From contig JBAZNT010000003.1 in assembly GCA_041649115.1 (NCBI GenBank), forward strand, positions 13,274 through 77,273: a stretch of 64,000 nt of DNA, in the 5' to 3' direction. A model generated the notes under the pieces. That model was not told where the DNA came from, made no database searches, and was given only the letters and a program-made list of their open reading frames with translations. This document shows positions 1 to 10,090 of this stretch, piece after piece; within the stretch, counting starts at the first letter, position 1; every line of letters begins with the position of its first letter. The DNA comes from Candidatus Omnitrophota bacterium. GTDB lineage: Bacteria > Omnitrophota > Gorgyraeia > Gygaellales > Profunditerraquicolaceae. A program made the position numbers and the translations under genes.

Positions 1-374
1 GCAAAGAGACGCTGGCAGAGGGCCTGCATTACCTGAAGATGCGCGGCAACGAACTCTTTAAGGTTGCGGTAAAGCATATGGCAGATGCCGCCCGGATTGC
101 AGTGGAGCGGGCGGGGCTGGAGTGCAAGGATATTGACGTTGTCATACCCCACCAGGCAAACATCCGCATTATTATGGCGGTTGCCAAAAAGCTGGGTTTT
201 AAGGAGGAGAGTATTTACCTTAATATCAGTAAATACGGGAATATGTCCTCTGCCTCTACCGTGGTTGCCCTCTGCGAAGCAGTAAAGGAAGGCCGCGTCA
301 AGAAAGGAGATACCGTTCTCCTTGATGCCTTTGGCGCCGGTCTGGTCTGGGGAGCATGCGTAATAAAGTGGTAG
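1..374 (+). CDS. fabH: 3-oxoacyl-ACP synthase III (FabH), C-terminal part; 5' end upstream of window
   Basis: Frame of ORF 39..374 stays open to the window edge. The C-terminal sequence is FabH-like (HQANIRI, FGAGLVWGACVIKW). It heads the fabD-fabG-acpP-fabF cluster. Confidence 0.8.
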   Translation, partial: KETLAEGLHYLKMRGNELFKVAVKHMADAARIAVERAGLECKDIDVVIPHQANIRIIMAVAKKLGFKEESIYLNISKYGNMSSASTVVALCEAVKEGRVKKGDTVLLDAFGAGLVWGACVIKW

Positions 375-2119
375 GACGCGGCGGTCCTATTCTTTTGATA
401 ACAGCAGTGGTTTTTATAGTCTGGGCAGGCGCCCTGTCCGGCAGTTTCATTTACGACGATTTTTCCCTCATCGTTGACAATCCCTTTGTAAAATCATTCC
501 GTAATATCCCTCGCCTCTTTAGCGATAATTATATTGCCAGCCCGGTAAAGGACTATTTTTATAGCGGCACATATAACTTAGGCAGCGGGGAATCCAGTTA
601 TAGGCCCGCAGCAACCCTGACATACATGCTCAATTACGCTCTTTTCGGCTTAAGGCCCTGGGGTTGGCGCCTCGTCAATATCTTATTGCATATCGCCGCA
701 GCCGTTTTATTGTATATTCTTCTCTTGCGGCTATTCGCCCGGCCTGAACTTTCGCTTCTGGGGGCCCTTTTGTTCGGCGTGCACCCCATAAGCGCCGAGG
801 TTATTGCCTGTACGGGATTCAGGACTAACATCCTGCTCATGATATTCTCGCTGCTTGCGGTCATCTGTTATTTTAAATCCCGGGATAGCCTCCGGTTCAG
901 GCGTTTCTTTTATCTCCTGTTTTCGCTGGTCTGTTTTTCTATAGCGCTTTTCTCCAAGGAAACGGCGGTATTATTGCCCATGGTGCTTTTTGTCTGCGAG
1001 TATTACCGGCAGGGGGGCAGCCTCAAAAAGGCATTGGCAGGATGGAGGGGTTATCTGGTTTATCTGGCGGTAGCGTTGGCATACCTGTGGATTTATTTCT
1101 TCCTGAGGCGGCCGACCCAGCATATCTTTGATTTCGGCGCAGGGTTTGGGAATATCGTGCGCACGAACGATGTCCTTGGCTCATACCTGAGAGATCTGCT
1201 GTTTCCGCGGGACCTCGTAATGGTGCCGCCCCTTAAGATGCATATCTCTTACCTTAATATTGCGGTTGGCGCAGTTTTTATAATCGGCTCTATTTATGCA
1301 GTGCTTAGAAGAAAAAGGCTGCCGGCAGCGCTCTCTTTCGGGGTGCTCTGGTTTTTGATCTGGCTGCTTCCGATGAATAACCCTTTCAATAACTTCAGGA
1401 TATTGCTGGCTAACCGCTTTATGTATTTGCCGCTGGCGGGGTTCGCCGTTATTATTGCGGCGCTTTTGACCATGCCGGATAATGACGGAAGCAGCTTTGG
1501 TTTGCGTCTCCCCTTGCTAAAGAAGGTCTTGCCATTGGCCTGCCTGGCGTATTTTTCAATCTTTACCTTGACGGGCAATCCCCTCTGGAAAGACGAGCTT
1601 TCGGTTTGTATGGCAGTTGCCGAGAAGTATCCTTATGCTGCCACCAGCCACGTTGACCTGGGAGAGGCCTGGTTTAAGCGCGGCAACTATCCGGAGGCGC
1701 TTAAGGAATTCGATGCCGCGGTTTCGCGCTCCGGTAATAAGTTAAGCGTTTTTGATTTTACCAGGATATATTCGGATGCCGGCATGATTTACATGTCCCG
1801 CGGAGATTATAAAAAAGCAGAAGAGAAGTACCGGGAGGCAATCGCCAATGAGCCCCGGATGCCGTATTTTTATGTTGCCCTGGCTGTCTGTTATGCCAGG
1901 CAGGGGCTTTATGAGATGGCCTTAAAGGAGCTGGGTGCGGCTAAAAGGTTGAACCCTTCCTACGTACCTGCTTACATCAAGAGCGGAGATGTTTACTCCC
2001 TTATGGGGCGCCGTAAGGATGCCGGGCAGGAATTTGAGAAGGCGCTTGAGATTGATCCCGGCTCCAGGGAGGCATTTAGTAAGCTTAAGGGGCTTTTGGA
2101 TAACAGGCGCGGGGGGTGA
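356..2119 (+). CDS. Polytopic membrane protein with C-terminal TPR repeats, TMTC/PMT-like (GT-C fold) glycosyltransferase candidate
   Basis: 587 aa with about 10 hydrophobic helices, an N-terminal FIYDDFSLIVDNP motif (compare the F-x-DD..N motif of TMTC/DUF1736 proteins) and a C-terminal TPR region. It is a paralog of 27734..29695. Confidence 0.55.
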   Translation: MRNKVVGRGGPILLITAVVFIVWAGALSGSFIYDDFSLIVDNPFVKSFRNIPRLFSDNYIASPVKDYFYSGTYNLGSGESSYRPAATLTYMLNYALFGLRPWGWRLVNILLHIAAAVLLYILLLRLFARPELSLLGALLFGVHPISAEVIACTGFRTNILLMIFSLLAVICYFKSRDSLRFRRFFYLLFSLVCFSIALFSKETAVLLPMVLFVCEYYRQGGSLKKALAGWRGYLVYLAVALAYLWIYFFLRRPTQHIFDFGAGFGNIVRTNDVLGSYLRDLLFPRDLVMVPPLKMHISYLNIAVGAVFIIGSIYAVLRRKRLPAALSFGVLWFLIWLLPMNNPFNNFRILLANRFMYLPLAGFAVIIAALLTMPDNDGSSFGLRLPLLKKVLPLACLAYFSIFTLTGNPLWKDELSVCMAVAEKYPYAATSHVDLGEAWFKRGNYPEALKEFDAAVSRSGNKLSVFDFTRIYSDAGMIYMSRGDYKKAEEKYREAIANEPRMPYFYVALAVCYARQGLYEMALKELGAAKRLNPSYVPAYIKSGDVYSLMGRRKDAGQEFEKALEIDPGSREAFSKLKGLLDNRRGG

Positions 2120-2122
2120 GAG

Positions 2123-3070
2123 ATGAATGCAGTAAAGGCCTTGCTTTTTGCCGGGCAGGGGGCGCAGTATGTCGGGATGGGTAAAGATTTATTCGCAGAA
2201 TTCACTGAAAGCAGGGAGGTTTTCGCAAAGGCAGACCGTGCCCTGGGGTTTTCTCTTTCCGGCATTTGTTTTGAAGGCCCCCCCGAAGAGCTCCTGAAGA
2301 CCAATAATTGCCAGCCTGCAATACTCACCGTAAGCATCGCTGCCTTGCGGGCGTTTGAATCAAGGTGCCCTGCGGCGGCCGGGCCTAACTATGTCGCGGG
2401 CCTAAGCCTGGGGGAGTATTCGGCTCTGGTAGCGGCAGGGGCATTGTCTTTTAAGGATGCGGTTTATCTGGTGCGTAAACGCGGAGAGTTTATGGAAGAG
2501 GAAGCAGCTAAGAAGCCCGGCAGGATGCTTTCTGTCATCGGCATGGAGCGGGAGGCAGTCAAGAGCCTTTGCGCTGATACCCATACCGAAATCGCCAACC
2601 TTAACTGCCCGGGGCAGATAGTTATTTCAGGAGGGGCAAAGGAGATTGGCGAAGCAGAGATATTAGCTAAAGAGAGAGGGGCCAAGATGGCGGTGGCTTT
2701 GGAGGTAAGCGGCGCATTCCACTCTTCCTTTATGAAAGGCGCCTCGGATAGATTGGCCCGGGAGCTTGAGAATGTCGAAATCCATAAACCCAGGATACCG
2801 GTTATCAGTAACGTTACTGCCCGGCCGGCAACCACGCCCGATGAAATCAAGGCTAACCTTATTAGGCAGGTTGCCTCCAGCGTACTCTGGGAGGATTCAA
2901 TGCGTCTTATCCTTTCGGCCGGGGTATCTGATTTTCTGGAATTCGGACCAGGCAAGGTCCTCAAAGGCCTGATGCGGCGCATTGACAGCAAGGCCACGGT
3001 CGTAAATGTTGAGAAAAAGGACGATATTATAGGGTGTATGGGAGAGTTAAAAGGAGAGGGATCAAGATGA
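2123..3070 (+). CDS. fabD: Malonyl-CoA:ACP transacylase
   Basis: 315 aa with FAGQGAQYVGMG and GLSLGEYSAL (active-site Ser) motifs, in fab cluster context. Confidence 0.9.
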   Translation: MNAVKALLFAGQGAQYVGMGKDLFAEFTESREVFAKADRALGFSLSGICFEGPPEELLKTNNCQPAILTVSIAALRAFESRCPAAAGPNYVAGLSLGEYSALVAAGALSFKDAVYLVRKRGEFMEEEAAKKPGRMLSVIGMEREAVKSLCADTHTEIANLNCPGQIVISGGAKEIGEAEILAKERGAKMAVALEVSGAFHSSFMKGASDRLARELENVEIHKPRIPVISNVTARPATTPDEIKANLIRQVASSVLWEDSMRLILSAGVSDFLEFGPGKVLKGLMRRIDSKATVVNVEKKDDIIGCMGELKGEGSR

Positions 3071-3810
3071 GACTTAAAGACAAGTTAGCTTTGGTTACCG
3101 GTGGTGCACAAGGAATAGGCAGGGATATCGCTTTGCTTTTTGCCAAGGAAGGCGCTGACGTGGTGATAGGGGATGTTAACCTTGCGAAGGCCGAGGCGAC
3201 CCAGAAGGAGATCGAGGCGCTCGGGAGGCGCTCATTAGCGGTAGAACTTGATGTTACGGCCTATTCTAAGGTCGGGGAAGCAATAAACAAAATCCTTGAC
3301 AAATTTACAAAGATTGATATATTAGTTAACAACGCTGGAATCACCAAGGACAATCTTTTGCTGCGCATGAACGAATCGGACTGGGATGCGGTGATCCAGG
3401 TTAATCTCAAGGGTACATTTAACTGTACCAAGGCAGTATCCCGGCCCATGATTAAGCAGAGAAGCGGCAGGATTGTCAATATTGCCTCGATAATTGGCAT
3501 TATAGGCAACCCCGGACAGGCGAATTATTCGGCCTCCAAGGCCGGGATAATTGCCCTGACCAAAACGACTGCCAAGGAGCTGGCCAGCCGTAATATTACG
3601 GCGAATGCGGTAGCGCCCGGGTTCATCCAGACCGAGATGACGGCAAGGCTCCCTGAGGAATTAAAACAGAAGATGCTGGCAGTGATACCGCTTGCCAGGT
3701 TTGGCGCTCCGCTTGACGTAGCAAGGGTGTGTTTGTTCTTGGCCTCGGAAGAGGCAGGTTACATTACCGGCCAGACTATTGTAGTGGACGGCGGCATGGT
3801 AATGGCGTGA
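3067..3810 (+). CDS. fabG: 3-oxoacyl-ACP reductase
   Basis: SDR protein with TGGAQGIG Rossmann motif and YSASKAG catalytic motif. ATG 3067 follows GGAGAGGG and overlaps the fabD stop as ATGA. The track ORF starts at 3034. Confidence 0.9.
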   Translation: MRLKDKLALVTGGAQGIGRDIALLFAKEGADVVIGDVNLAKAEATQKEIEALGRRSLAVELDVTAYSKVGEAINKILDKFTKIDILVNNAGITKDNLLLRMNESDWDAVIQVNLKGTFNCTKAVSRPMIKQRSGRIVNIASIIGIIGNPGQANYSASKAGIIALTKTTAKELASRNITANAVAPGFIQTEMTARLPEELKQKMLAVIPLARFGAPLDVARVCLFLASEEAGYITGQTIVVDGGMVMA

Positions 3811-3841
3811 TGTAAGTGTTGACACAAAGGAGGAAAGAAGG

Positions 3842-4081
3842 ATGCCGGTTCAAGATAAGGTAAAGTCTATTATTGCAGAGCAGCTAGGAGTGAAGCCCGA
3901 AGAGGTAACCCCGGAGGCTTCTTTTGTGGATGACCTTGGTGCCGATTCCCTGGATACGGTAGAGCTTGTTATGGCGCTGGAAGAGGAGTTCGGTATCGAG
4001 ATATCCGACGAAGACGCCGAGAAGATTACCACTGTCGGTGACGCCGTCAAGTATATCGAAGAAAAGTCCGGAAACAAATAA
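3842..4081 (+). CDS. acpP: Acyl carrier protein
   Basis: 79 aa with [12 protein letters not shown] phosphopantetheine-Ser motif. Confidence 0.95.
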   Translation: MPVQDKVKSIIAEQLGVKPEEVTPEASFVDDLGADSLDTVELVMALEEEFGIEISDEDAEKITTVGDAVKYIEEKSGNK

Positions 4082-4110
4082 TTGCAGATAGAGATAGATT
4101 TTTAATCATT

Positions 4111-4146
4111 ACCCCGCCCGTAAGTTTCTGGCGGGGTAAATTTTGT
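4111..4146 (+). terminator. Hairpin plus T-rich tail after acpP
   Basis: ACCCCGCC (4111-4118) pairs with GGCGGGGT (4130-4137) and is followed by AAATTTTGT. Confidence 0.5.
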
Positions 4147-4159
4147 ATAGGCCAGAAGC

Positions 4160-5410
4160 ATGATTAAGGAAAAGAGGGTTGCGATTGTTGGCTTGGGTGT
4201 TGTCTCTCCCGTTGGCAACGATATTGCTTCTTTCTGGAAGTCTTTAAGGGAAGGGGAGGGTGGCATAGGCCCGATTACCCAGTTTGACGCCTCTGCCTAC
4301 AATTCCCGCATCGCAGGCGAGGTCAAGGGTTTTGACCACAGCCTCTACGGGATTTCCAACAAAGACGCCAAGCATATGGCTAAGTTTGTTCAGTATGCCA
4401 TTGCCGCCTCCAGGCAGGCAATCGAAGACTCGGGGCTGGACCTTGCCAAAGAGGACCTAAACAGGGCAGGGGCTATCATCGGCTCGGGTATCGGCAGCCT
4501 GCAAACCATGGAGGAGGAGCATAATATCCTGCTTGCCAAAGGCCCTTCCAGGCTGTCGCCTTTTCTGATACCTAAACTTATCGTTAATGAAGCCGCGGGG
4601 CAGGTAGGGATTGTCTTTGGCCTTAAAGGGCACAATTCCTGCGTGACTACCGCTTGCGCTTCAGGCTCGCATTCCATCGGAGACGCCTTCAGGATACTGC
4701 AGCGCGGGGATGCCGATATTATGTTAGCCGGAGGCACCGAGGCCTGCGTAATGACGCTGGGGGTGGGAGGGTTTTGTGCGCTCAGGGCGCTGTCTACCCG
4801 TAACGATGCCCCGGAAAAAGCCAGCCGGCCGTTTGAGCGCGACCGCGACGGATTTGTGATTGCCGAAGGCTGCGGGATTGTAGTAATGGAGGAGCTCGAG
4901 CATGCCAGGAAGAGGGGCGCGCGCATCTACGCCGAGATAGCCGGTTACGGCGCTACCTGCGACGCATATCATATTACTGCCCCTGATCCTGACGGAGACG
5001 GAGCGTCGCGTTCCATGAAGATGGCGCTGGATGATGCCGGATTAAACCCTCAGGATATCGCTTACATTAATGCCCACGGCACCTCCACCAAGCTTAACGA
5101 TAAGATCGAGACCTTGGCAGTAAAGAGGGCATTTGGCGCAAGCGCCAAGACAGTGATGGTTTCTTCCACCAAGTCCATGACCGGGCATCTTCTCGGAGCT
5201 GCCGGAGGGGTGGAGTTCATCGTCTGCTGCCTGGCGGTCAAGGAGAATATTGTTCCTCCCACCATCAACTATGAAAACCCTGACCCGGAATGCGACCTGG
5301 ATTACGTGCCTAATACTGCGCGCAAGGTTGAGGTCCGGGCCTGCATCTCAAATTCCCTGGGGTTTGGCGGACATAATGCCAGCCTTCTGGTAAAGAAGTT
5401 TCAGGACTAA
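4160..5410 (+). CDS. fabF: 3-oxoacyl-ACP synthase II
   Basis: 416 aa with the KAS I/II active-site context TACASGSHSIG and the HGTSTKLND and GFGGHNASL motifs. Confidence 0.9.
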   Translation: MIKEKRVAIVGLGVVSPVGNDIASFWKSLREGEGGIGPITQFDASAYNSRIAGEVKGFDHSLYGISNKDAKHMAKFVQYAIAASRQAIEDSGLDLAKEDLNRAGAIIGSGIGSLQTMEEEHNILLAKGPSRLSPFLIPKLIVNEAAGQVGIVFGLKGHNSCVTTACASGSHSIGDAFRILQRGDADIMLAGGTEACVMTLGVGGFCALRALSTRNDAPEKASRPFERDRDGFVIAEGCGIVVMEELEHARKRGARIYAEIAGYGATCDAYHITAPDPDGDGASRSMKMALDDAGLNPQDIAYINAHGTSTKLNDKIETLAVKRAFGASAKTVMVSSTKSMTGHLLGAAGGVEFIVCCLAVKENIVPPTINYENPDPECDLDYVPNTARKVEVRACISNSLGFGGHNASLLVKKFQD

Positions 5411-5428
5411 TAATTTAAACTTATTCAG

Positions 5429-6685
5429 ATGGGCCATACTATTGCGGAAAAGATACTAGCAGCGCATGCCGGTAAAAAGGAAGTCCGCGCAGGCGATTTC
5501 ATCGAGGCCGGGGTTGATGTTGCCCTGGGTAACGATATTACCGCGCCTATCGCGATCTCGGAGTTTAGAAGGTCCGGATGCCCGAAGGTTTTTGACAACA
5601 AGAAAATCGTCCTGGTCCCTGACCATTTTGCCCCGGCAAAGGACCTGCGCAGCGCCAATCAATGCAAGGTGCTTTCGGAGTTTGCCGGGGAACAGGATAT
5701 CAAGAATTATTTTGAGGTAGGGTGTATGGGGATTGAGCACGCCCTCCTGCCGGAGCAGAAGCTGGTGCTTCCCGGAGACCTGGTCATTGGCGCGGATTCG
5801 CATACTACCACATACGGCGCCCTGGGGTGTTATTCTACGGGGGTGGGCTCTACCGACCTGGCGCGCGCTTTTATTGACGGTAAATGCTGGTTTAAGGTGC
5901 CGCCGACTATTAAGTTCATTTATAAAGGAAGGCCCGGGAGATGGATCGGGGGCAAGGACCTTATCCTCTATACCATCGGCAATATCGGGGTGGACGGGGC
6001 ACTTTATAGGGTAATGGAATTTGCAGGACCCTTGATAAAGAAGCTTGAAATGGACGCAAGGCTTACCATGTCCAACATGGCTATTGAGGCCGGGGGGAGG
6101 GCAGGGATTATCGAGCCCGACGCCCTGACCTTAAAGTACGTCAGGGGCGCCAGGCGTAAATATAAGATATATAAGAGCGACAGCGATGCGCAATACGAGA
6201 AGGTTTACGAGTATGACGTCTCTAGTCTTGAACCGCAGGTAGCCTGCCCGCACCTGCCCAGTAACGTCAAGCCTGTCAGCGCATTAAAGGATGTTGTCAT
6301 TGACCAGGTTGTCATCGGCTCCTGCACTAACGGCAGGATTTCGGACCTGAGCCTGGCAGCTAAATTGTTGAAGGGCAGGAAGGTCAGCCCAGGGCTTAAA
6401 CTAATCGTTATCCCCGCTACGCAGAAGATATATTTGGAGGCGGTAAAAGAGGGGCTGGCAGAGGTATTTGTCAGGGCCGGAGGGGTGTTTTCTACCCCTA
6501 CCTGCGGCCCATGCCTGGGCGGGCATGTCGGTATCCTTGCTGACGGCGAACGCTGCCTGGCGACTACCAACCGCAATTTTATCGGGCGCATGGGGAGTCC
6601 GAAATCCGAGGTTTATCTGGCAGGTCCTGCGGTTGCGGCAGCATCCGCGATTGCCGGAAGGATTACCCACCCCGGAAACATATAG
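5429..6685 (+). CDS. leuC: 3-isopropylmalate (or homoaconitate) dehydratase large subunit
   Basis: 418 aa aconitase-family protein with GADSHTTT, GSCTNGR and CGPCLG Fe-S ligand motifs, followed by a small subunit and a dehydrogenase. Confidence 0.85.
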   Translation: MGHTIAEKILAAHAGKKEVRAGDFIEAGVDVALGNDITAPIAISEFRRSGCPKVFDNKKIVLVPDHFAPAKDLRSANQCKVLSEFAGEQDIKNYFEVGCMGIEHALLPEQKLVLPGDLVIGADSHTTTYGALGCYSTGVGSTDLARAFIDGKCWFKVPPTIKFIYKGRPGRWIGGKDLILYTIGNIGVDGALYRVMEFAGPLIKKLEMDARLTMSNMAIEAGGRAGIIEPDALTLKYVRGARRKYKIYKSDSDAQYEKVYEYDVSSLEPQVACPHLPSNVKPVSALKDVVIDQVVIGSCTNGRISDLSLAAKLLKGRKVSPGLKLIVIPATQKIYLEAVKEGLAEVFVRAGGVFSTPTCGPCLGGHVGILADGERCLATTNRNFIGRMGSPKSEVYLAGPAVAAASAIAGRITHPGNI

Positions 6686-6728
6686 GGACGGTTCTGAGGT
6701 CAAGGCAAAAGTGTCCCCTCTAAGGGGA
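6684..6728. repeat. Half-copy of a palindromic intergenic repeat (AGGGACGGTTCTGAG...GTGTCCCCT)
   Basis: Shares AGGGACGGTTCTGAG and AAAAGTGTCCCCT blocks with both arms of the 18935..19008 palindrome. Confidence 0.6.
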
Positions 6729-6736
6729 GGAAAACG

Positions 6737-7237
6737 ATGATTATCAAGGGTAAGGTCCATAAATTCGGCGATGACGTTAATACCGACGACATCATTGCCG
6801 CAAAATACCTTGTCAGCACCGACGCCAAGGAACTCGGCAGCCATTGCATGGAGACGGTTGCCCCGGATTTTGCCAAAAAGGTATCGGCCGGGGACATCGT
6901 AGTAGCCGGAAAGAATTTCGGTTGCGGTTCTTCGCGCGAGCATGCCCCGCTGGCCTTAAAAGGCGCCGGCATCTCGGCGGTGATTGCCAAGAGTTTTGCC
7001 GGCATATTCTACCGCAACGCCATTAATATCGGCCTGCCGTTTTTAGAGATGCAGGATGCCGGAGATATCGCGGAGGGCGAGATCCTGGAGATAGACCTGG
7101 CAGGAGGGGTTATTAAGAACTCCTCCAGCGGCAAGGTTTATAAGACGCAGGCATTTCCGGAGTTTTTGCAGGAGATAGTCCGAAAAGGCGGGTTGATTAA
7201 CTATGTTAAGAGCAAAGGACATTGTAAAAATGCATAA
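6737..7237 (+). CDS. leuD: 3-isopropylmalate dehydratase small subunit
   Basis: 166 aa with the GKNFGCGSSREHA motif typical of LeuD/aconitase swivel domains. Confidence 0.85.
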   Translation: MIIKGKVHKFGDDVNTDDIIAAKYLVSTDAKELGSHCMETVAPDFAKKVSAGDIVVAGKNFGCGSSREHAPLALKGAGISAVIAKSFAGIFYRNAINIGLPFLEMQDAGDIAEGEILEIDLAGGVIKNSSSGKVYKTQAFPEFLQEIVRKGGLINYVKSKGHCKNA

Positions 7238-8279
7238 GATTGCGGTAATACCCGGTGACGGCACCGGTCCGGAGGTTGTCAGGGAAGGGCTTAAGGTTTT
7301 GGAGGCAGCCGCAGGGAAATTCGGCTTTGGCTATGAGATAAAAGAGTTTGACTTCAGCGGCGAGCGCTACCTTAAGACCGGCAAGACCGTTGATGATTCC
7401 GACGTTGAAGAGTTAAGGAAATATTGCGCAATTTACCTCGGTGCAGTCGGCCATCCGGGGGTTAAGCCCGGCATCATCGAGACGGGGGTTCTTCTGAAAT
7501 TAAGGTTTGCGCTGGATGAGTATATCAACCTGCGGCCGGTGAAGCTCTACGATAGGCGCTTCTGCCCGTTAAAGGACAAGAACCCGCAAGACGTCGACTT
7601 CGTGGTAGTGCGCGAGAATTCCGAAGGGCTCTATAAAGGGATGGGGGAGTTTAAGGATAAGGGGACAGCCGCGGAGGTAGCAATCCAGCTTTCCTATAAT
7701 ACCCGCAAAGGGGTAGAGCGCTGCATCCGTTATGCCTTTGAATACACCCGTCAGCGCAACAAGAGGAAAAAGCTTACCCTCTGCGGCAAGACTAATGTCC
7801 TGACCTATGCCTGGGACCTTTGGATGCGCACCTTCCAGGAGGTGGCCAAGGAATATCCCGATATCGCCACCGATTATGCGCACGTGGACGCCACTACCAT
7901 GTGGTTCGTGAAGAACCCGGAGTGGTTTGACGTTATTGTTACCGACAATATGTTCGGGGATATCATTACGGACCTGGGGGCGATGATCCAGGGCGGGATG
8001 GGGATTGCCGCCGGAGGAAATATCAACCCGCAGGGTGTTTCTATGTTTGAGCCCATCGGCGGGAGCGCTCCGAAATATACCGGAAAGAACATTATCAACC
8101 CGCTGGCTGCGATATGCGCCCTCGGGATGATGCTTGAGAATCTTAAGGAATACGAGGCAGCCGGGGCGATTGAGGATGCGGTAATCAAGGTCGCCACTAA
8201 AAAATTGAAGTCCCTGGCAGCCGGTAAGATGGGGTATAATACCCGGCAGGTGGGCGACCTGGTAGTAAAATATCTTTAA
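7230..8279 (+). CDS. leuB: 3-isopropylmalate dehydrogenase (isocitrate/isopropylmalate DH family)
   Basis: IAVIPGDGTGPEV N-terminus and NMFGDIITDLGA motif. I chose ATG 7230; the track ORF starts at 7203. Confidence 0.8.
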   Translation: MHKIAVIPGDGTGPEVVREGLKVLEAAAGKFGFGYEIKEFDFSGERYLKTGKTVDDSDVEELRKYCAIYLGAVGHPGVKPGIIETGVLLKLRFALDEYINLRPVKLYDRRFCPLKDKNPQDVDFVVVRENSEGLYKGMGEFKDKGTAAEVAIQLSYNTRKGVERCIRYAFEYTRQRNKRKKLTLCGKTNVLTYAWDLWMRTFQEVAKEYPDIATDYAHVDATTMWFVKNPEWFDVIVTDNMFGDIITDLGAMIQGGMGIAAGGNINPQGVSMFEPIGGSAPKYTGKNIINPLAAICALGMMLENLKEYEAAGAIEDAVIKVATKKLKSLAAGKMGYNTRQVGDLVVKYL

Positions 8280-8281
8280 AG

Positions 8282-8319
8282 CAGAAACACTTTCCGAGCC
8301 AATCGGGAAAGTGTTTCTG
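8282..8319 (+). terminator. 14-bp perfect hairpin between leuB and asd (no U-tract)
   Basis: CAGAAACACTTTCC (8282-8295) pairs with GGAAAGTGTTTCTG (8306-8319). Confidence 0.35.
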
Positions 8320-8338
8320 GAGGAGTTAAGGAATCCAG

Positions 8339-9364
8339 ATGAAGAAATATAATGTGGCAGTAGTGGGGGTGGGGGCGGTCGGTATCGAGATGCTGCGGGT
8401 CATCAAACGCCGCAAATTCCCGGTCGCAGAACTGCGGGTTTTTGCGCGTTCCAGCCGCAATATCGAAGTGGACAGAGATAGTTATTCAGTAGAGTCTATT
8501 TCTCCCGAAGGGTTTAACGGTATTGACATCGCTTTATTCGCCGGCACCGAAGGAGAAAAAGGGGCAGCCGTTACCTTCGCCTCCGAGGCGGTAAAAAGAG
8601 GGGCAGTGGTAATCGATAACGGCGCTGATTTCCGCATGGACCGCCGCGTCCCACTGGTAGTGCCGGAGGTAAACTCCAAGGACATAAAAAGACACCGCGG
8701 CATTATCGCCAATCCCAATTGTTCTACCATCCAGATGGTAGTAGCTCTTTGGCCGATTTATAAGAAGGCAGGCATTAAGAGAGCAGTGGTAACTACCTTA
8801 CAGGCTTCCTCGGGAGCGGGGCGCGCAGCAGTCGAGCAGTTAAGGGAAGAGAATCAGATGATTGCCGCCAGCGGCTTCCAGAATGTCCAGGCTGTTGCAG
8901 CCACCAAGGCCTTGCCGCATCAGCTGGCATACAATGTTTTTCCGCAAATCGGGGGTTTCAGCGATAACGATTACACCAGCGAGGAATGGAAGCTGGTGCG
9001 CGAGACCCGCAAGATTATGCATGACGAAAGGCTCAGGGTTTCGGCGACCACCGTGCGGGTACCCGTAAGGACCGGCCATTCCGAGGCAATTTACCTTGAA
9101 ACCAAAAGATACCTTTCCGTTGAGAAGGCCAGGGCAATCCTCGAAAAATCCCCGGGCATCATCGTTGTTGATGACCCTAAGAATAACCTCTATCCCATGC
9201 CTCAGGATGCAGAGGGCAGGGACGAGGTCTTTGTCGGCCGCATCCGCCGTGACCCGTTTGTCAAAAACGGTATCTGGCTGTGGGTGGTTGCCGATAATCT
9301 TCTTAAAGGTGCCGCTACCAATGCAGTGCAGATTGCGGAATGCCTAATCTCAAGCTCCAGATAG
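8339..9364 (+). CDS. asd: Aspartate-semialdehyde dehydrogenase
   Basis: 341 aa with NPNCSTI active-site Cys motif and C-terminal DNLLKGAA. Confidence 0.9.
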   Translation: MKKYNVAVVGVGAVGIEMLRVIKRRKFPVAELRVFARSSRNIEVDRDSYSVESISPEGFNGIDIALFAGTEGEKGAAVTFASEAVKRGAVVIDNGADFRMDRRVPLVVPEVNSKDIKRHRGIIANPNCSTIQMVVALWPIYKKAGIKRAVVTTLQASSGAGRAAVEQLREENQMIAASGFQNVQAVAATKALPHQLAYNVFPQIGGFSDNDYTSEEWKLVRETRKIMHDERLRVSATTVRVPVRTGHSEAIYLETKRYLSVEKARAILEKSPGIIVVDDPKNNLYPMPQDAEGRDEVFVGRIRRDPFVKNGIWLWVVADNLLKGAATNAVQIAECLISSSR

Positions 9365-10083
9365 AATATGACGGGACCGCTTATGCCGGCTGGCAGAAGC
9401 AGCATCCCCGAAAGAAGCAAAATACCCTTCAGGATGTTATCGAGCGCGCCCTCAGGCAGATACTAAACGAGCGTATTAGGGTCACCGTAGCCGGGCGCAC
9501 GGATGCCGGGGTGCATGCCCTTGCCCAGGTGGCGAATTTTCATACCCGCTCCTCCATCCCCCTTAAGAAAATCCAGCAGGGATTGAATTCTCTCCTTCCG
9601 CAGGACATCGCGGTTAAAAGGATAGAAAAGGTAGGCCCGGATTTTCACAGCCGCTTCTCGGCTAAATCCAAGGTTTACCGCTATACCATACTAAACCGTC
9701 CCCATCGGGAAGCATTATCCAGGCATTTTGTCTGCCACTGCCGTTTTCCCTTAGACCTGAGGCTGATGCGTAAAGAATCAAAGGCGCTTCTGGGGCGCCA
9801 TGATTTTACTTCCTTTGCCGCTTCGGCAGCCAAGGAAAGGAATCCCTTAAAAGAGGTCAAGCGTGTCAGGCTCTCGGCCAGAGGCGATTACATAAATATC
9901 GAGATAGAGGCGGACGGGTTTTTATACAATATGGTCAGGAATATCGTAGGTACGCTTATCGACATCGGCAGGGGGAGGTTTCCCGCCGGCAGCATGAAGA
10001 AAATCCTTGAAAGCCGCGATAGAAAATCAGCCGGGACAACCGCACCCGCGCGCGGTCTCTGCCTCGTTAAGGTAAAATATTAA
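9340..10083 (+). CDS. truA: tRNA pseudouridine(38-40) synthase
   Basis: 247 aa with GRTDAGVHA catalytic Asp motif. Confidence 0.9.
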   Translation: MPNLKLQIEYDGTAYAGWQKQHPRKKQNTLQDVIERALRQILNERIRVTVAGRTDAGVHALAQVANFHTRSSIPLKKIQQGLNSLLPQDIAVKRIEKVGPDFHSRFSAKSKVYRYTILNRPHREALSRHFVCHCRFPLDLRLMRKESKALLGRHDFTSFAASAAKERNPLKEVKRVRLSARGDYINIEIEADGFLYNMVRNIVGTLIDIGRGRFPAGSMKKILESRDRKSAGTTAPARGLCLVKVKY

Positions 10084-10090
10084 TTTTAAT

